The position numbers and the translations under genes were made by a program. DNA of 63,578 nucleotides, the filler included, from Octopus bimaculoides (lineage: Eukaryota), in NCBI RefSeq assembly GCF_001194135.2. It is 4 parts of 4 records of this genome, joined end to end, with 100 filler letters (N's around TTAATTAATTAA, not from the genome) between each part and the next. Parts side by side here need not be neighbours in the genome. Positions count along the whole stretch, not along the records: positions 1 to 19,102 come from NC_068982.1; 3 more parts are not named here. One strand, 5' to 3'. Below, piece by piece: positions 1 to 12,374 of this stretch (position 1 is its first letter; each line of letters opens with the position of its first letter). The notes beneath the pieces are model-generated. The model was not told the origin of the DNA. It made no database searches and worked only from the letters and a program-made list of their open reading frames with translations.

Positions 1-372
1 GCATCATCATCTACTGCCCAATCTGATAGAATTCTGGCAGAACTGTGTAGCAACAGATCGCCAGCAATTGCTTCATCAGAAATTGCCGTCCTACCTCCTG
101 CGAAAAGGAATTACCCTGCTATGTATAATCAAGGCAGCGCAAAAAGTTGTTTTGCACAAGCATTTGTATAGCCAATTAGATGGATGAAATTTACGTACAC
201 TGACGATCTGAAGAAGGAATTGTAATTCCGAAATATCATCGGACTATAGATAACCAAATTACAACAGGTGTATAGTCCATTTTTTGTTTTATAGTGCATT
301 GTTGTACCATTCTAAACTTTTTATTCTTTACAAACAATACACAATGCTTCAAGCGAACTACAATACTCTCCT
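1..372 (+). mobile_element. 3' end of a Penelope-like element (PLE): ORF tail plus pseudo-LTR with a hammerhead motif
   Basis: Frame 1..171 (RILAELCSNRS..SEIAVL..KRNYPAMYNQ..SCF) loosely resembles the C-terminal tail of PLE GIY-YIG ORFs. A hammerhead motif follows at 204-241. The stretch 205-369 has a diverged copy at 52547-52716 on the minus strand. Confidence 0.5.
204..241 (+). ncRNA. Minimal type-I hammerhead ribozyme motif
   Basis: cgat-CTGAAGA-a-ggaat(tgta)attcc-GAAA-TATC-atcg: intact core, 5-bp stem II, 4-bp stem I, palindromic ATAT stem III and an AUC cleavage triplet. Confidence 0.72.
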
Positions 373-3300
373 ATCATCATCATCATTTCACGTCCATTGT
401 CCATGCTGGCATTGGTTGGACAGTTTGACTAGGCTGGTACACTGGAAGGCTGCACCAGACCCCAGTCTGATTTGACATGGTTTTCTACAGCAAGATGCCC
501 TTCCTAACTCCAACCACTCCGAGAGTGCTTTTATGTGAACTGGCATGGGTGCAATTTGTGTGACACTAGTGTGCATTTATGTGCCACCAGCATAGGTACC
601 AATTTGTGTGACACTGGTATCTGTCACAACTGTGATTTTGCTGGGCTTGATGGGTCTTCTTCTCAAGCATGACATAATGCTACAGGTCTTGGTGATTGCC
701 TCTGTGAGGCCCAACACTCGAAAGGAATTCAGCCACTTTGCCTCTGTGAGGTTCAACGCTCAAAAGGAACTCAGTCACCTTGCCTCCATGAGGCTCAACG
801 CTTGAAAGGAATTTAGCCATTTTACCTCCGTCAGGCTCAATCCTTGAGAGGAACTCAACCACTTTGCATATGTCAGGCCCAACACTACAAAGGAACTCAG
901 CCACTTTGCCTCTGTGAGACCCAATTTTCAAAAGATGTTCTTTACGTGCCACTAGCACGGGTACACTTGGCTTGATGGGTCCTCTCAAGCACAGCACATC
1001 ACCAAAGGTCTTGGTAACCAGTCATTTTCATGCTTTACCACCTCATCCCATGTCTTCCTGACTCTACCTCTACCATGGGTTCCCTCCACAGTTACAGTTC
1101 AGCACTTCTTTTACACAGCTGTCCTCTTCCATATGCATCACATGATCATACCAGTGCAGTCATCTTTCTTGCACACCACATCTGATTCCTATTATGCCTA
1201 ACTTTTCTCTCAAGATGCTTACACTCTGTCAAACATGCACATCCAATGAAGTATATTGGTTTCATTTCTCTCGAGTCTACGCATGTCCTTGACTGTCAAA
1301 GGCCATGTATCACTGCCATGCAGCATAGCTGTTTGCATACAAGCATCAATCTGCCTTTTACTCTGAGTGAGAGGTCCTTTATTGCCAGCAGACGTAGGAA
1401 CTCTCTGGACCTTGCCCAGCCTAATCTTATTCTCACAGCTACGCTCTTGGAGCATCCACCTCCACTACTAACTTGGTCACCTAAATAACGGAAGCTATCT
1501 ACTACCTCTAGCTTGCCCCACTGGCATTTGTTGGAGTCTATTTTCTGGGCATTTTCAGCATTTATTGTACCTGTGCACCTTCCACATGCAAAAGTTAGTT
1601 TCCCTGCTAATCTTCCTGTAATGTTGCTGCACCTTTTATGTGTCCAAAGCTTATACTGGGTGCATCTTGTGGAGTTTCCATCTATACCTTTTCCACAGAT
1701 TGAGCAAGACCATCTACCTGAAGGGATTTGTAATTTGTCTGCCTTCCTACTTACTATGACTTTGGTTTTTGCTAGGTTAACTCTAAGGCCCTTTGATTCT
1801 AGACCTTGCTTCCATACCTGGAACTTCTCTAGTTCAGGTAGCGATACAGCTATAAGAGGAGCTCCCAGGAGCAACCTGTCTTGAATTCCTCTGTTACTGC
1901 CTGAAGAACTATGATGAACAAGAGGGGGCTGAGCACCAATCCATGGTGAACCCCTACTCATACCCTGAATACTTCACTATACTTGTTGCTCACCTTTACC
2001 TTACTGGTAGCATTTCTGTACAATACAAGGTTTGTATGGCTCTCACTATCCCTTTCCGCACTGACCACTAGATAAGGGAGTGGGGGGGGGGGACCCTGTC
2101 AAAGGTTTTCTCCATGTCAACAAAAACCAAGTACAAAGGTTTATCTTTGGCTAGGTATTTCTCCTGCAGTTGCCTTACTAGAAATATAGCATCAGTGGTG
2201 TTTCTACCAGACACAAAACCGAACTGCATCTCATCTAGACTAATTAGGGAGAGCCCTAATTAGTTGCACTATGACAGTCTCCGCAACTTTCATCACCTGA
2301 TCCAACAATTTGATACCTCTGTAATTATTTCTATCTAGCAGTTTGTAGCAGTTGACTGTGGTGCAGCTACACCAGTCATTGGGCATGACTCTTTCATGAA
2401 CCACCTGATTTACAATATGGGTGACTAGACCATAACCCATACTGCCAGATATTTTAAACATTTACCAGGGTACTGTCGATTTGGGTAGCTGGTTCCTCAA
2501 TTGGGTCAACATTTGGCAGACTCTCCTCTTCCCATTTATTCTCCACGTTCAGTAGTCTTTCATAGTGGCATCTCAAAGCATCTTTCTTTGCAGATTCATT
2601 AAAAGCAAGTGCATCATCATCCATGCAGAGACAATTCTCTCCTATGACATCACAATTTTCTCACACACTGTTTTGCAATCCAAAATACTTCAGTTCTTTG
2701 GTCCTAACTAGGAAAACTTTTTCTTTTCTCCTTCTCCCTTGGCTAGATATACATGTCTCCTAGCTTCCCTTCTGGCTATCTGATACAGTTCCCTGCTACC
2801 CCCATTCATTCAAATCTTCCAAACCTGTTTCATTGCTCTAATGGCTTTGTCTACAGTATTGTTCTACCACCACATTACCCTAGGTCTGGAAGGGACTTTG
2901 CACCAACCACAGATTTGGTCTGTGGCACTCAGCAGGCTGTCTTGCAGGAATTCCCAGTTGCCTCCTATATCACAAGTTTGTAGCTCCTCCTCCCCCTTAT
3001 CAAATTTCTCAATTAGGATGTCCCTAAATCTCTGACCATACGAAAGGTCCTTAAGCTTCCAAATCCTTCTTTTCCAGACTGGTTTACTTCTTGGCATACT
3101 TCTGGCCTGGAGTCTAAAGTCACTAATAACTAGTCCATGCTGGGAGATACATTCTTCACCAGGGAAGGTCTTTGTATTTAAGAGCAACCATGCATCCCAC
3201 TGTCTGGTGAGAATGAAATTGATCTGGCTAGCAGGATCACATGATTGATAGGTTATCAGGTGACTGGCTGCCTTCCTGAAGTTAGTGTTGCCGATAAAAA

Positions 3301-3945
3301 GGTTATTTGCCTCACAGGACTCCAGTAGCCTTGTTTCCTCTTCATTTTGGGAACCGATCCCATGGCTCCCATGAACGCCATGGAAGATACCAGGCTGCCG
3401 TCTGACTACCCATTAAAATCCCCAGCTATGAAGATGAAATCATTATCACTTGTCATTGAGGTAGCCTGCAGCAGAAGATCATAAAAGTGGTCCTTCTGTT
3501 CATTTGGTAGGCTCACTTGCGGGGCGTAGGTAGGTATAATTGTAGCTATACTATTTTGCAAAACTAGCCTGAGCTTAAGTACTCTATTGCACACTTTGAT
3601 TACCTCCATGACCTTATCACCCATTTCTCAGCAAGAAGTATGCCCAAACCACCTACTCCATCACTGTTACATTCCAAGAAGATTTTATACCTATGCGTCT
3701 TGCTAGTGAGGAACCTGGCTGAAGCTCCTCTCCACCTTACCTCTTGGAGGCAACATAGATCAACACGCCTCTGTTCAAGCATCTCTACAATCTCACTAGA
3801 CCTACATTTACAGTGCCAACTCTGAAAGCTGTGAAAAGGATGTGGGAGGGAACATGGTAATAAGAGATGTTATTCAGCACCCGAAAAGAAGGTTTCCATG
3901 ATCGTTTGATAACAGACATGTCATAACAGATGTTCTCACTTCTAA
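373..3945 (-). mobile_element. RTE-clade LINE, probably full length, inactivated by stops and frameshifts
   Basis: APE endonuclease remnants (RVDLCCLQEVRW, IAGDFNG, SQHGLVISDF) and RT remnants (NYRGIKLL, MQFGF, VDMEKTFDR, LSPLLF, GLRVNLAKTKV, FRYLG). (GAT)n tail at 373-386. cctatcatcat at 370-380 and 3946-3956 is a candidate 11-bp TSD. Confidence 0.93.
697..934. repeat. 42-bp tandem array (~5.7 copies) in the RTE 3' region
   Basis: Units start at 697, 739, 781, 823, 865 and 907; approximate consensus tgcctctgtgaggcccaacactcgaaaggaactcagccactt. Confidence 0.95.
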
Positions 3946-4725
3946 CCTATCATCATTTAAACATGTTAAAATTCTTGCCTCTGCTGGAGGTGAGAGTAAA
4001 GTAAGCATTGTAAATAAAAGCGTTGCTGCAGCTGAAAATATATGCCAATGTTAAATTAAGTAAGTAAGTAAATGCTATTTGGTTGGGTTATTTATATATA
4101 NNNNNNNNNNNNNNNNNNNNNNNNNNNNNNNNNNNNNNNNNNNNNNNNNNNNNNNNNNNNNNNNNNNNNNNNNNNNNNNNNNNNNNNNNNNNNNNNNNNN
4201 NNNNNNNNNNNNNNNNNNNNNNNNNNNNNNNNNNNNNNNNNNNNNNNNNNNNNNNNNNNNNNNNNNNNNNNNNNNNNNNNNNNNNNNNNNNNNNNNNNNN
4301 NNNNNNNNNNNNNNNNNNNNNNNNNNNNNNNNNNNNNNNNNNNNNNNNNNNNNNNNNNNNNNNNNNNNNNNNNNNNNNNNNNNNNNNNNNNNNNNNNNNN
4401 NNNNNNNNNNNNNNNNNNNNNNNNNNNNNNNNNNNNNNNNNNNNNNNNNNNNNNNNNNNNNNNNNNNNNNNNNNNNNNNNNNNNNNNNNNNNNNNNNNNN
4501 NNNNNNNNNNNNNNNNNNNNNNNNNNNNNNNNNNNNNNNNNNNNNNNNNNNNNNNNNNNNNNNNNNNNNNNNNNNNNNNNNNNNNNNNNNNNNNNNNNNN
4601 NNNNNNNNNNNNNNNNNNNNNNNNNNNNNNNNNNAGGATTTCTGGTACGAGAGAAAGGATTTCTGGTATTGGGGGGGGGGGGCAGGAAAGGGTGGGCACA
4701 TTGCGAACAAGAAATGGAAGAAATG

Positions 4726-5180
4726 GCTAGCTTCGCCACATGCAAATTGAAATAGTGAAGCAAAGAACGATAGAAGCACAAGTATAGAAGTTATTAGAGA
4801 AAGTAACGGTTTACAAGTTACAAAGTTATTTTAACTCAAGAATGTTAGTATGTTTGTAATACATGTTAAATTAATGAAAAGAAAGACGAATGATTAAAAA
4901 CTAGAGAAGTTTCTTAGCTTAGCAGCTGGACATTTTGCGTCATGATATAATGGTGTCAAATAGCAGAGCAAGATCAGGTTTGAGAGAAACCAAATGCAAT
5001 GGGGTTGTTTATATAATCTACAGCCAGAAATGGTCAAATAAGTGGCTGGCTTCGCCACAAGAAAATTGAAATAGCAGCAAAGGACAATAGTGAAATAGAA
5101 CAAATGGCTAGCTTCGGCACAAGAAAATCGAAATAGCAGCAAAGGGCAATAGTGAAGCAAAAAACAATAGAAACACAAAT
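4726..5180. repeat. Three diverged ~60-bp direct repeats
   Basis: gct(a/g)gcttcg(c/g)cac..aaat(t/c)gaaatag recurs near 4726, 5044 and 5106. Confidence 0.6.
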
Positions 5181-5315
5181 GAGTATTTAAAGGGGAACGA
5201 TAAATGTATGATACAGGGATTTAGGTGTAGGAAGAAAGTTAGCTTTAAGCAATCCATAGTAAATATAAAAAAACAACTTTCAAGAACAATAGTGGTTTGA
5301 GATGGAAGGTTACAC

Positions 5316-5721
5316 TTTACTCTTTTATTCTTTTACTTGTTTCAGTCATTTGACTGCAGCCATGCTGGAGCACCGTCTTTAGTCGAGCAAATCGACCCCA
5401 GGACTTATTCTTTGTAAGCCTAGTACTTATTCTATCGCTCTCTTTTGCCGAACCACTAAGTTACAGGGACGTAAACACACCAGCATCAGTTGTCAAGCAA
5501 TGTTGGGGGGACAAACACAGACACACAAACACACATATATATATATACATATACATATATACGACAGGCTTCTATCAGTTTCCGTCTACCAAATCCACTT
5601 ACAAGGCTTTGGGCGGCCTGAGGCTATAGTAGAAGACACTTGCCCAAGGTGCCACGGAGTGGGACTGAACCCAGAATCATGTGGTTGGTAAGCAAGCTAC
5701 CACACAGCCACTCCTGCGCCT
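5316..5721 (-). mobile_element. tRNA-derived SINE (family A), full length, with internal (TA/CA)n microsatellite
   Basis: On the minus strand: A-box-like gtggctgtgtgg, B-box-like ggttcagtccc, body gcaccttgggcaagtgtcttctactatagcc, and a short (taaaag)-type repeat tail. Several other copies occur in the window. Confidence 0.88.
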
Positions 5722-5902
5722 GTGGATTTTTTTTGTATCAAAGTATGATAAGCTGAAAAAAGAAGTTCTTTTTATATTTCACAGTAGACGACCAGGGATG
5801 CTGGGTGTGCGAATAAGAATACAAGAGTTGCAGAATGGAGTAGGTGAGATCTAGTCTACATATGTTTCATAGCAAGCAGCACCTCAGAAGTGGTAAAAAT
5901 CC

Positions 5903-6035
5903 AAGCGAGGTGTATTCAATCAGATTCTGATTGAATCTCCCATGCATCAATGTGTACCTCCTTGCAACAATGTAACCTATAATTTAATCAAGATATCCTT
6001 GGCCTGAAGAATAGTTGGTGGTATACACCTCGCTT
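5903..6035. mobile_element. Short MITE-like element
   Basis: 13-bp perfect terminal inverted repeats aagcgaggtgtat/atacacctcgctt, and an internal 10-bp hairpin attcaatcag/ctgattgaat at 5914-5936. Confidence 0.45.
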
Positions 6036-6589
6036 ATATATATATATATATATATACAAATATATATAAGATAAAAATTCAGTTAGGTGTTAAATAACTA
6101 CCTAAGGGATATTATATATTCAAAAAATTTACTGCTTTTTTTTTTAACCTATATAAATAACATTGTTATGAACTATCGCTCATAACAGATAGGTAAATAA
6201 AATAAACAATCAGTTTATCAATATATCATAAATTAGAAATGGAAACAAAATAATAAATTGAATAATTGAATCATCTGTATATATATAAAAGAGAGGATGT
6301 TTGTGTGTGTGTGTACGTGAATGTGGTTTATGCACGTCCACAAATTAGCACGCATGTCGCTCCAATTTTAGGAGGTGATGTGTCATGACCTTATGTGCAT
6401 TTTCGCCAATTTTTTCTCTCAGAGGCACCCTCGTATAGCTGTAAAAATTGATAAACTTTTACAAATTTTTAAGTTTGTTGACATGGCGAAGTCAAATCTG
6501 TGCGTACGCGCGTGAAGGCAAGAGAGAGAGAGAGAGAGAGAAAGAAATTGTATGTTTGTGAGAGGGAGGATGAAGGAGANNNNNNNNNN

Positions 6590-6870
6590 CTCTCTCTCTC
6601 CCTCCCTTACACACACATGCCAGTTATCTCTCTTTCTTTCTTTCTTTCTTTCTCACACACACACACCAACATTACACACAAAACACATGTTGCCGAAAAG
6701 AAATACACGCTATCTTTTTATAGTGAGTATGCCACTCAGAAAGTGTGGTGTGTATGTGAAGTCCTTTTGTTAGTGTGAGAGAGCAGCATGTGTGTGTGTG
6801 AGACAGGGAGAGAGAGAAAGAAAGAAAGAGAGATAACTGGCATGTGTGTAAGGGAGGGAGAAAGATAGAG
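6590..6870. repeat. Inverted repeat with microsatellite-rich arms
   Basis: ctccctcccttacacacacatgccagttatctctctttc is mirrored by gaaagagagataactggcatgtgtgtaagggagggag across a spacer of ~110 bp. Confidence 0.7.
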
Positions 6871-8169
6871 AGGCAGAGCGCGCTNNNNNNNNNNAAGGGA
6901 GGGAGAAAGATAGAGAGGCAGAGCGCGCTCTCTCTATCTCTTTCCCAACACTTTTTATGGAAACTGCCGAATTGATGTAAACAAACCCATGTGGTCTGAT
7001 TTTCATGTTTCTAGGCATTGTACTGTAAATCGCCATTTCCAAAATATATTTTATTTTAAATCATTTATCCGTATATATATGTAACGCAAGATGTGTGTAT
7101 GTGTTTTGTTGATATACGGGCAACACACACACACACACACACACACACACATCCGAACATGTATGCNNNNNNNNNNNNNNNNNNNNNNNNNNNNNNNNNN
7201 NNNNNNNNNNNNNNNNNNNNNNNNNNNNNNNNNNNNNNNNNNNNNNNNNNNNNNNNNNNNNNNNNNNNNNNNNNNNNNNNNNNNNNNNNNNNNNNNNNNN
7301 NNNNNNNNNNNNNNNNNNNNNNNNNNNNNNNNNNNNNNNNNNNNNNNNNNNNNNNNNNNNNNNNNNNNNNNNNNNNNNNNNNNNNNNNNNNNNNNNNNNN
7401 NNNNNNNNNNNNNNNNNNNNNNNNNNNNNNNNNNNNNNNNNNNNNNNNNNNNNNNNNNNNNNNNNNNNNNNNNNNNNNNNNNNNNNNNNNNNNNNNNNNN
7501 NNNNNNNNNNNNNNNNNNNNNNNNNNNNNNNNNNNNNNNNNNNNNNNNNNNNNNNNNNNNNNNNNNNNNNNNNNNNNNNNNNNNNNNNNNNNNNNNNNNN
7601 NNNNNNNNNNNNNNNNNNNNNNNNNNNNNNNNNNNNNNNNNNNNNNNNNNNNNNNNNNNNNNNNNNNNNNNNNNNNNNNNNNNNNNNNNNNNNNNNNNNN
7701 NNNNNNNNNNNNNNNNNNNNNNNNNNNNNNNNNNNNNNNNNNNNNNNNNNNNNNNNNNNNNNNNNNNNNNNNNNNNNNNNNNNNNNNNNNNNNNNNNNNN
7801 NNNNNNNNNNNNNNNNNNNNNNNNNNNNNNNNNNNNNNNNNNNNNNNNNNNNNNNNNNNNNNNNNNNNNNNNNNNNNNNNNNNNNNNNNNNNNNNNNNNN
7901 NNNNNNNNNNNNNNNNNNNNNNNNNNNNNNNNNNNNNNNNNNNNNNNNNNNNNNNNNNNNNNNNNNNNNNNNNNNNNNNNNNNNNNNNNNNNNNNNNNNN
8001 NNNNNNNNNNNNNNNNNNNNNNNNNNNNNNNNNNNNNNNNNNNNNNNNNNNNNNNNNNNNNNNNNNNNNNNNNNNNNNNNNNNNNNNNNNNNNNNNNNNN
8101 NNNNNNNNNNNNNNNNNNNATATATATATATATATATATAAATAGGTTATGAGAGGTAATGGTGTCAAT

Positions 8170-8450
8170 TAGACCCAGATGTTTTGGGTAATGCTGAGTA
8201 AGTGCTAAGCATAGACCATAGTTAAGTTCCAGGTTTGGTGATTATGCGAAGAAGGGGTCCTACATAGGTCATATATCAGCGTGTGAATATAAGGATTTAC
8301 TTTTCACAATGAGATAAAAAACCAAGGCTGTGTATATTTTAGAACATTTATAAATAGGTCTTACAACTATTTCCAGGATATTTATTATATCCTTTCATCG
8401 GGGACGGTGTGAGAGGATGGTTAAGCAATAGATATCTAAATTAACTATTG
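8170..8450 (-). mobile_element. PLE pseudo-LTR / 3' end fragment
   Basis: Homologous along its length to 58680-58930 and contains a hammerhead-like motif at 8358-8405. Confidence 0.65.
8358..8405 (-). ncRNA. Degenerate variant hammerhead-like motif (CCGAUGA family)
   Basis: gtcc-CCGATGA-a-aggatat..atatcct-g-GAAA-tagttgta-agac. Confidence 0.4.
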
Positions 8451-8948
8451 CTTACGAAAAGTAAATCCTTATATATATATGTATATATATATGTATATAT
8501 ATATATATATATATCCATATATATACATATACATATATATATATACACACACACATACATATGTGCATACTCACATACACAAGTTTACGTATTTATCTCC
8601 ATATATACTTACATCATACACACATACACAATTCCATATATATATGTGTACATATATATCTGGTAAAAATTTAGTTTATATATGAATTAAAATCTAAATA
8701 AAAGAAATTTATAAAATAAATTAAAACTTAGGATTTTTTTTATTGTATATACAGGGGAGATAACTATTTTCCTATTTAACGGAGCAAAACAAAAAACAAA
8801 ATCTACTACATATGAAAAATATAAAAAGAGCTAAAAACAATAAAATCTACTTAATATAAAACATGAGCTAAAACAAAATTAAACATGATAAATATGCTAT
8901 ATCTTCTTATATATTATATTATACATTCATATATACACATATATATAG

Positions 8949-8985
<37 letters not shown>

Positions 8986-9615
8986 CATATTTATATATAC
9001 ATATACATATATACACACACACACACATATATACATACACTTTCATATGCATTAGTTAATGTACATATATTTTTTAAAATTATTATATATATTTTTACAT
9101 TACATAAACATGCACAATTCTATACGTATATCTATTTATATAAATAATTCAAAAATAAAAGGTTATAAAATAATTTAACATATTTAATCTACTAATTAAT
9201 GTGTAAATTCAGGGGAGATAACTACTATTTTAGTATTTATTGCATCAGAAATGAAAAACAAACTAAATGAGAATAAACATTTTAAATAGAAAATTAATAT
9301 TTGATATAATATTAGGATAAGACAATATATTAATCATATTTGATATTCTTTTTTTCAGTGTGGGGGAAATGAAAATAATTATATAATCTTCTCATATAGA
9401 GATAAATACTCACACATATATATATACATATACACTTACACACACACACACATATATATATACATAGACACACACACACACCTACATACACTTACAAATA
9501 TATATCTACCTACATATAGACCCCCATATATACATATATGCTCATATGTACTTGTGCATATATATAGATATATATACCCCTCCACATATATGAACAAATA
9601 AATATACAAATATAC

Positions 9616-9665
<50 letters not shown>

Positions 9666-10113
9666 CCCTAAACATACATATATATACACACACATATACA
9701 TATATATATAGACCTGCATATACCTTCATTATATTTATTTATATCTATTCACATTGATACATTAGGGAAACATGACTTATTTAAGTTCTATATCTTAATT
9801 ATAAAAGTTTATATTTATGCTAAATAATAGTTAAAGTTATCTATAGTAGCATATTAATTATAATAATTATAAAAATCATTTATATCTAGTAAATACATAT
9901 TTATTTTTATGTAGGCAAGAAATATCTTATCTATTCCTCATTATATTTTAAAAGGGTAATTTGTTAATCTTAGACAAAACCTGTTTTTAATGAAGAAGAA
10001 ACAGCTATAGCTTGATTTGTCATTTGTTTATATAGAAATAATAAAACTGAATTTATCATTCAATGATTCAATGATTTAATTTATTATTTTGTTTCTATTT
10101 CTAATTAGTATTG

Positions 10114-10144
<31 letters not shown>

Positions 10145-10891
10145 AGGAAAAAAGTTAGGGTAGAAAATGCTAAAATAATTTTATCATAAAAAACATTTTA
10201 GTACCAGTTTTAGTCATTGAGACTTTTTCCACTGTAAGTATGGAAAAACAATTAAATTTTGGAAAAATTAAATGAAAAGTATTTAAAAGAATATTTGCAT
10301 AGTATTCAAATACAAGGGGCATTTTCCTTGTTTCTTCCTGTCTCTGTCTCTCTTGTTTACTCCTGTGGGTTTGAGGTCATTGTGAATTCTTGGCAGAGGA
10401 GGAGGAGAAGAAGAAAAGAATGCAGGAGTATGATAGTAGTAAGATGTTAAATGGTCAAGTGCCCTGAAAGTGACCTGTGGATGGTAGTAGTGATTGAATT
10501 CTTGAGATATCTCTTTCAAATGCATTATTTTTTATATTTGCATGGGTGTTATTCAAAGCAGCAGTAGTAGTAAAGTAAGGAAGAAGGTGGCAGAGAGGAA
10601 GAAGAAGGAGAAGAGAAAGAATAATAAAAGAATGCGGGAGTGGTATCTCTTTTGAATGTATCATTTTTAATATTTGTGTGTGTGTTAGTCTAAGGTCGGA
10701 TGGATATGTCATTTGTTGTAGATGCGTTCAAAAGGGGTCTGAATTTTGTGATAAAGAACAACTCTTTACTAATTCATTGGCTACAGGTTGTATCGTCCCT
10801 GAATTGATAGAGGGGAAAAATTCTGAAGCTTGAATTCTTGTTATTAGATGTGTTGGCTGAATGCTTCGGAATTTTGATCTGGGATCTGTGC

Positions 10892-11062
10892 ATATATATA
10901 TGACAGGTTTCTTTCAGTTCTGTCTACCAAATCCACTCACAAGTCTTTGGTCAGCCTGAGGCGACAGTAGAAGACACTTGCCCAAAGTTCTACACAGTGG
11001 GACTGAATGCAGAACCATGTGGTTGAGAAGCAAGCTTCTTATCACAAAGCCATGCCTGCGCT
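10892..11062 (-). mobile_element. SINE family A, 5' half
   Basis: Homologous to 5550-5721. Confidence 0.8.
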
Positions 11063-11139
11063 TAAAGATGTTCAAAGATTTTGTTACATTTTTTCTTTTA
11101 ACCAGACAGGTAAGTATTTTTATATTTGTTACATTAAAT

Positions 11140-12310
11140 GACTTTTATAAAATATTACCAGATTATTACAATTCAGCTCTAAGAAAAGCAGGGCATAGGA
11201 AAAATTTGAAATTTTGTGAAACAAATAACACTGAGGATAAACATAATAGAGCCCAAATTAATCTGGAAACCAATGATAATAATTGGATAGTTAATTCTGA
11301 TAACAAAACTAAATAAAATTCAAGTGGATAGGAAAATTAGAAATAAGGATATGGTTAATGATTGTAACAAACATATAAATAAAAGCTACAACCCTAATAA
11401 TGAGAGACTGATATCTAATCACAAGCTCAACAATCTAAGGAATAATAACAAAATACAAAACTGTAATAATGTAAAAAGCTGTAACAATGACTTTAACACC
11501 TGACCTAAATCAATGAATAAAAAATACAATAACAATAAAATTAAACACTAAAACTTTAATACAAGAAACAAGATTAAAATGTTTACTCCAGCCACAAACA
11601 CTAATTACAATTCAAACTATAGTTTAAGAAATTGTTCTAAAGATATAGACTGGGTGATAATCCCCTTCACTAAGTAAGTTAAATCAAAAATACCTAGAAT
11701 GTTCTATGAGGCACTGGATAAATTTTTTCCAGTAATGAATAAATACCATAATTTATTTAATAAACAAAAAATCAAAATTGTGTTCTCCAACTCTAAAAAT
11801 TTAGCTCAAATTATAGCTGCCCACAACACCAAACAAATTGTGAGAGCACAGGACAATAACATTAATAAGGTAAATAATAATAATGACAACCAAATTAAAG
11901 ATAATAATAATAATAATAAAACCAATTTTAAAAACAATAGTAAGATGATTAATCCAAATTCTATTGAAATCGCCACTAAGACAGTAAATAATGATCAAAG
12001 GGAAACTACTCAATTAAGTAATTCTGTAACTAATAGGCAGGCACACATGGTGACTAGAAAGGGCAGCTTTGAAGCAGTTTGCCAATGGAACTTAGCCACA
12101 ACACATCTCTTGATACACTCAGTAGCTACTACTAACTCCAGGCCATGACAGACAGAGAAGATGCTCTTGAAGTCAAGAATTTGAATTTATGGAGACAATA
12201 TTTATAAATCGCCTGAGGAAACACAACTAGATCTCATAATGCAGGGAAATGGTTGCATAACCAAATACCTGCAAGCCTGGAGAACTATGCTCTGTAGAAA
12301 CAATTGTAAT
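11140..12310 (+). mobile_element. Decayed PLE ORF fragment (RT C-terminus, Asn-rich linker, probable GIY-YIG remnant)
   Basis: DYYNSALRKAGHRKNLKF and IPF..VKSKIPRMFYEALDKFFP..KYHNLFNKQKIKIVFSNSKNLAQIIAAHN match the PLE pattern YNxAL.SGY / PP.S..V...IG..F..LIDKHFP....HKIFN.NT.K.SYSC..N...II..HN. Confidence 0.75.
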
Positions 12311-12374
12311 GATTGCAAATAAATATTCAACTATACTCCTTCTTGTTGACTCCAACTTATTCAATTATTTATAT

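Noticed and set aside
60-95. CTGATGA followed by an agcaattgct palindrome on the minus strand
   Set aside because: There is no GAAA or stem III, so it is not a hammerhead.
1-171. Open frames at the window start as a host-gene exon (either strand)
   Set aside because: They are better explained as a PLE ORF tail, given the hammerhead and repeat immediately downstream; a host exon cannot be fully excluded.
697-934. 42-bp and 29-bp arrays as CRISPR-like arrays
   Set aside because: They are contiguous tandem units with no unique spacers and no cas genes, in a eukaryotic context.
5640-5721. tRNA-like A/B-box sequences
   Set aside because: They are SINE heads followed by the SINE body, with no cloverleaf; they are not tRNA genes.
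4072-8168. Long ORFs in the supplied track spanning N runs (also at 13.5-14.3 kb, 43.5-44.2 kb and 52.1-52.6 kb)
   Set aside because: They are open only because N codons translate as X.
8752-9330. Repeated ggggagataact..tatttt units near 8752 and 9210 as further ribozymes
   Set aside because: No complete CUGANGA/GAAA pair is present; they were treated as a decayed AT-rich duplication.
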